Below are positions 60,110-64,000 of a stretch of DNA of 64,000 nt, piece by piece. Where the stretch lies: NCBI GenBank assembly GCA_963828255.1, contig CAWHDZ010000040.1:32001-96000 (forward strand), in the 5' to 3' direction. A program made the translations under genes and the position numbers. The notes under the pieces are model-generated. The model was not told where the DNA came from and ran no database searches. It saw nothing but the letters and a program-made list of their open reading frames with translations. The stretch comes from an uncultured delta proteobacterium (GTDB lineage: Bacteria > Myxococcota > Myxococcia > Myxococcales > Anaeromyxobacteraceae). Numbering within the stretch: the stretch's first letter is position 1; every line of letters starts with the position of its first letter.

Positions 60110-60390
60110 ATGACTGTCTCCTGTAAGTCATATAGGGTACGGCGCTCGCCGGCGTCAATCGGAGAAGGTTCCAGTCAAGACAGCGTCCCCGTCGAGAGCG
60201 AGCGCGTCGTCGAGGAAGGTCCGTGCGCACGCGTTGACCCCCGTCATCGGTTCCGTCTTGGCGCGTTGACGGGATTCGCGACGGGGTTCACCTGGGGTGC
60301 AGGACGGGATTCGGAGCGCAACCCTGCGATCTCACGGGCCCCGCCCCGCCGCCCACCAGGAGGCGGGCAGGTCGTGGCCGGTCGCCAGCC

Positions 60391-60434
60391 GCCCGACCCC
60401 CCGCTCCCAACCACAAAGGATCGGGGGGTCGGGC
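60391..60434. repeat. Perfect 13-bp inverted repeat (hairpin) in the element's non-coding region
   Basis: GCCCGACCCCCCG (60391-60403) / CGGGGGGTCGGGC (60422-60434). Confidence 0.85.
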
Positions 60435-60778
60435 AGCTGTCTCCCAAGAATGTTGTGGAGGCAGTGGGCGGCGGGGCGGGAGGATGAAGGTTCTGCTTGA
60501 GTTTCGGCAGGACCGGAATGTGCAGCAAACAGATGGAGGGACAGGAGAGGAGATCAGACGAGAGAAAGAAAGGAGGAAACGGGGGATGGAAGAATCTCTC
60601 GGAACCAGTCAAGACATCGCTGACAGTTGGATGCAGGGTAGGAGCTGTGTCTTCAAGCGTTGACAGTCATCTTCTTGCGGGGCTCGTAGCGGGCGTCTGG
60701 GCGTTTACGGTGCTGACGGGTGGGCTGACAGAATCGCCGGGCGAGCTCCGATCGAGATGAGCCACCCATACGACTTCG

Positions 60779-61765
60779 TCAGCCCGGCGCGTGACCAGGA
60801 GGGGCCACCTGGCCCCTCTTCCGGGCGACGCGTTTGCGCGGCGCCTCGGAGTGCTTCTTCTCCACGGCGCGCAGTTCGACGAGGAACATCTCCAGCGCCG
60901 GGGTCACAGGCCGATCTGCCCGCCGGAAGATCCCGTAGTTGAGCCGGGCCCACGGAGGAGCGAAGGGCAGGGCGACGAACGAGCCGTCGCGCAGTTCCGA
61001 AGCGATGAGGACCTTCGGCGCCCAGCTGATGGCATCGGTCTCGCGGACGGCGCGCTTCATGAGGGTCACGGAGTCGAGCGTGATCGCGGGGAGGAAGTGA
61101 CCGGACGCGGGATCGATCCGTCCCGCCGCGCCGATGCGCTCGAAGAAGGGCGCGACACGACCCGGAAGCGGGCTCATCGCGAAGGGGAAGCCGGAGATAT
61201 CCTCGAACGTCACCTGTGTCCGGGAAAGCAGGGGGTGGCCCGAGCGGCAGTAGAAGACCCCGCGATGTTCGCCCGCTCGTTCGACGGAGAGCTGCGACTC
61301 CTGCTCGGCGGCCGTCACCTCGGCGACGGCCACGTCGAGCGACCCGGCAACTACCTTCCGCGTGAGGGACTCCCAGTCGTCCAGAACGATGCGCAGGTGA
61401 AGGGACGGGTGGCGCTTGGCCAGGCGGGTCACCGTCTCGGCGACGGACATGTCCAGTGCGAACGAACCGGCCCCGATCCGGAGGGTTCCAGCCTCCAACC
61501 CCTTCACCCGACGGATCTCGGCGAGCACCTCGTCCACGCCCCGAAGAAGCGGTCCCGATGCGGAGAGGATGATCTCCCCGAATGCCGTCGGCGACACACC
61601 CTTGCGGCTCCGGTCGAAGAGCCGGACCCCGAGCGACGCCTCGATCCCGCGGATGCTCTTGCTCAGGGCCGGCTGGCTGATGTCGAGCGACTCGGCGGCC
61701 CGGGCGAAGCTCCGGAAGCGGCCGATGGCGGTGACGTGCTGGATCTCTCGGATGTCGAGAATCAT
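60779..61765 (-). CDS. LysR family transcriptional regulator
   Basis: SFARAAESLDISQPALSKSIRGIEASLGVRLFDRSRKGVSPT HTH; LysR substrate-binding domain. Confidence 0.93.
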   Translation of the reverse strand: MILDIREIQHVTAIGRFRSFARAAESLDISQPALSKSIRGIEASLGVRLFDRSRKGVSPTAFGEIILSASGPLLRGVDEVLAEIRRVKGLEAGTLRIGAGSFALDMSVAETVTRLAKRHPSLHLRIVLDDWESLTRKVVAGSLDVAVAEVTAAEQESQLSVERAGEHRGVFYCRSGHPLLSRTQVTFEDISGFPFAMSPLPGRVAPFFERIGAAGRIDPASGHFLPAITLDSVTLMKRAVRETDAISWAPKVLIASELRDGSFVALPFAPPWARLNYGIFRRADRPVTPALEMFLVELRAVEKKHSEAPRKRVARKRGQVAPPGHAPG

Positions 61766-61774
61766 GCGACACCA

Positions 61775-61787
61775 TAACTAACGGTTA
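61775..61787. promoter_or_regulatory. LysR-type T-N11-A operator
   Basis: TAAC-TAACG-GTTA dyad between the divergent lysR and sulfatase genes. Confidence 0.6.
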
Positions 61788-61863
61788 CCGAAACGACCAT
61801 CTTCTTGCTGACATCGGCCCGGGAGAGAACTAAAGACCCTCTCATCTTGCTTCTGGGGGTCCC

Positions 61864-63564
61864 ATGACACGACTCGCCGCGCTCCGCGTTCCGCTCATCG
61901 CCGTCGCGCTCCTCGCCGCTACTACCGCAGTCGCCCAGCAGAAGAAGCCCAACATCGTCTTCATCATGGGAGACGACATCGGTTGGATGCAGCCGAGCAT
62001 CTACCACCGCGGCTTGATGGTGGGAGAGACGCCGAACATCGACCGCATCGGTCAGGACGGCGCCCTGTTCACGACCTACTACGCCGAGCAGAGTTGCACG
62101 GCTGGGCGCAACGCCTTCTTCACCGGCATGCATCCGCTGCGTACCGGCATGATCCCGCCGCAACTGCCGGGCAGCCCGTCCTGGCTGCGCCCGGGCACGC
62201 CGGCTCTCGCCAAGTTCCTGTTCGACCTGGGCTACACCACCGGCGAGTTCGGCAAGAACCACCTCGGCGACCACTTCGAGGCGCTGCCGACCTCGCACGG
62301 GTTCCAGGAATTCTGGGGCTACCTGTACCACCTGGACGCGATGCAGGGCGTGAGCTTCGTCGACATCAACAAGACCCCGCTGGTGCAGGGCGTCGCGCCG
62401 CCCTGCAAGAACACGCCGATCACCGGTTTGCCCGAGGTGCCGGGCGCCATCGACCCGCGGAAGGGGACGTGTCTGACCCCCCCGCGTCCGGTCATGTGGT
62501 GCAAGTCCAGCGACGGGACCCAGAAGAACACGACCTGCAAGGACGAGGGCCCGCTGACGCTGGATCGATCGAGGACCGTCGACGAGGAGATCTCGGCCAA
62601 GGTCATCGACTTCCTCGACCGCAACGATCCGAAGAAGACGGGGAAGCCATTCTTCGTCTGGTACAACCCGGCCCGCATGCACATCACGACCATGCTGTCC
62701 CCGAAGTACGAGGCCATGGTGGGTGAACCCGGCGGCAAGGACTGGGGCACGAACGAAGCCGGGATGAAGCAGATGGACGACAACATCGGCTACGTCATCA
62801 AGAAGCTCGAGGACATGGGCCAGCTCGACAACACCATCATCGTCTTCACCACCGACAACGGCGCGGAGACGATCACGTTTCCGGACGGTGGCACCACCCC
62901 GTTCAAGGGCGGCAAGCTGACCACGTGGGAAGGCGGCATGCGCGCGCCGCTGCTCGTGCGCTGGCCGGGCGTGATCAAGCCGGGCACGGTCAAGAACGAC
63001 ATCTTCGCGGCGCTCGACTGGCTGCCGACACTGGTCGAGATCGCGGGGGGACCGAAGGGCAATTCGCTCAACGAGCAGGTCAAAGCGGGCAAGTACCCCG
63101 GCATCGTCAAGACCATGCTCGACGGCGTGAACCAGATCGACTACCTCAGCGGCAAGTCGGAGAAGTCGGCGCGTGAGGTTTTCTTCTACTACACGGGGTC
63201 GCAGCCGTCGGCGGTGCGCTACAAGAACTGGAAGATGTACTACACGATCGTGCCGGATACCGCGACCGGCGGCCTGTTTGGAGCGCAGAGCTTTCACTGG
63301 ACCCAGCTCACCAACCTCAAGCGCGATCCCTTCGAGACGACAGTCGGGGCAGATGCGAAGTCGCTGGCGGGCTACGCCGGCGCCCTGGGATCTCCCGGCA
63401 ACGCCTACATCTACAACTGGAACATGCTGCCCATCGGGCAGTTGCTCTGGGAGAAGGAGTTGATGACGTACAGGGAGTTCCCGGCCATGCAGGCGCCGGA
63501 GACCTACAACCTGGACGGCATCCTCAAGGCCATGCAGCAGGGCGGCCGCCATGGACACGACTGA
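61864..63564 (+). CDS. Secreted arylsulfatase (Cys-type, formylglycine-dependent)
   Basis: Signal peptide, KPNIVFIMGDDIG, SCTAGR (CxxxR), GKNHLG, TDNG, KGGK..TWEGG.R. Confidence 0.93.
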   Translation: MTRLAALRVPLIAVALLAATTAVAQQKKPNIVFIMGDDIGWMQPSIYHRGLMVGETPNIDRIGQDGALFTTYYAEQSCTAGRNAFFTGMHPLRTGMIPPQLPGSPSWLRPGTPALAKFLFDLGYTTGEFGKNHLGDHFEALPTSHGFQEFWGYLYHLDAMQGVSFVDINKTPLVQGVAPPCKNTPITGLPEVPGAIDPRKGTCLTPPRPVMWCKSSDGTQKNTTCKDEGPLTLDRSRTVDEEISAKVIDFLDRNDPKKTGKPFFVWYNPARMHITTMLSPKYEAMVGEPGGKDWGTNEAGMKQMDDNIGYVIKKLEDMGQLDNTIIVFTTDNGAETITFPDGGTTPFKGGKLTTWEGGMRAPLLVRWPGVIKPGTVKNDIFAALDWLPTLVEIAGGPKGNSLNEQVKAGKYPGIVKTMLDGVNQIDYLSGKSEKSAREVFFYYTGSQPSAVRYKNWKMYYTIVPDTATGGLFGAQSFHWTQLTNLKRDPFETTVGADAKSLAGYAGALGSPGNAYIYNWNMLPIGQLLWEKELMTYREFPAMQAPETYNLDGILKAMQQGGRHGHD

Positions 63565-63648
63565 GTCCGAAGGCTGACGCCTTGTTTCAACTGCGCGGGC
63601 GGCCCGAAACGGTCGCCCGTTGCATTTCTGGCCACCAAGGGGAGATTC

Positions 63649-64000
63649 ATGATGCGGAATTCATTGATTGCAAGACTGGGTCAGGCGCTCGTTCTGCACC
63701 TTTCGCCGGCGGCCCGTATTCTCGTCGTGGGTGTTCTCCTCGCTCTCGGCGCCAGCGCCCAGGCCCAGGTCGATCCGCTTCCTTCCTGGAATGACGGGCC
63801 CGCCAAGCAGGCCATCATCGACTTCGTGAAGGCGACGACCGACGCGGCCAGCCCAGTGTTCGTGCCGGCGGCCGACCGCATCGCCACCTTCGACCAGGAC
63901 GGGACCCTCTGGGTCTCGCACCCGGTGTACGCCCAGCTCGTCTACTGCCTGGACCGCGTACCGGTGCTGGTCAAGGCGAGGCCGGAGCTGGCCAAGGTGG
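63649..64000 (+). CDS. HAD-like nonspecific acid phosphatase (NapD-like), partial
   Basis: Signal peptide, DPLPSWNDG.AKQAIIDFV, RIATFDQDGTLW motif; runs off the window. Confidence 0.85.
   Translation, partial: MMRNSLIARLGQALVLHLSPAARILVVGVLLALGASAQAQVDPLPSWNDGPAKQAIIDFVKATTDAASPVFVPAADRIATFDQDGTLWVSHPVYAQLVYCLDRVPVLVKARPELAKV

Larger units (their letters stand above)
57160..64000. mobile_element. Integrated element at the tRNA-fMet 3' end (far boundary not in window)
   Basis: Integrase immediately after the tRNA, xis-like HTH, Replic_Relax and RHH genes, visibly less GC-rich stretches, accessory cargo. Confidence 0.8.

Noticed and set aside
60244..60760. Small ORFs (60244-60612 minus, 60297-60500 plus, 60497-60760 plus)
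   Set aside because: Atypical codon usage, low-complexity translations and no domain similarity; the region is better explained as cis-acting DNA.

Overview
Very GC-rich chromosomal segment with gene content typical of Myxococcota (Anaeromyxobacter-like; taxon inferred from romR, frzS, rpoE1-like ECF and myxobacterial PilZ/Hsp70 genes). Positions 1-57.2 kb are mostly core genome: a polarity/signalling block (REC-GAF-GGDEF, tandem CheW-like, romR, valS, nadC, birA, coaX, murJ, frzS, ZAS anti-sigma/ECF sigma); RNA-modification and CoA genes; nfeD-slipin; thiolase/CoA-transferase; an ECF sigma translationally coupled to a Ser/Thr kinase; miaB; guaBA; a lipid-handling operon; and a Zn/Mn-type ABC uptake operon. 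From tRNA-fMet (57083-57159) to the window end lies an integrated mobile element: tyrosine integrase, excisionase-like HTH, replication-relaxation-family gene, tandem-RHH gene, a structured non-coding region, and LysR/arylsulfatase/HAD-phosphatase cargo. The best candidate for a little-described system is an 85-aa DUF2946-like leader peptide (signal sequence, HHH and CxxC, C-terminal QSPP). Its Pro-Pro-Arg codons are perfectly complementary to the Shine-Dalgarno of the downstream outer-membrane beta-barrel/metal ABC operon, suggesting a metal-sensing ribosome-stalling translational switch. Several genes carry 1-2 nt frameshifts that probably reflect long-read assembly errors. All calls are from motif recognition by eye; no database searches were run.
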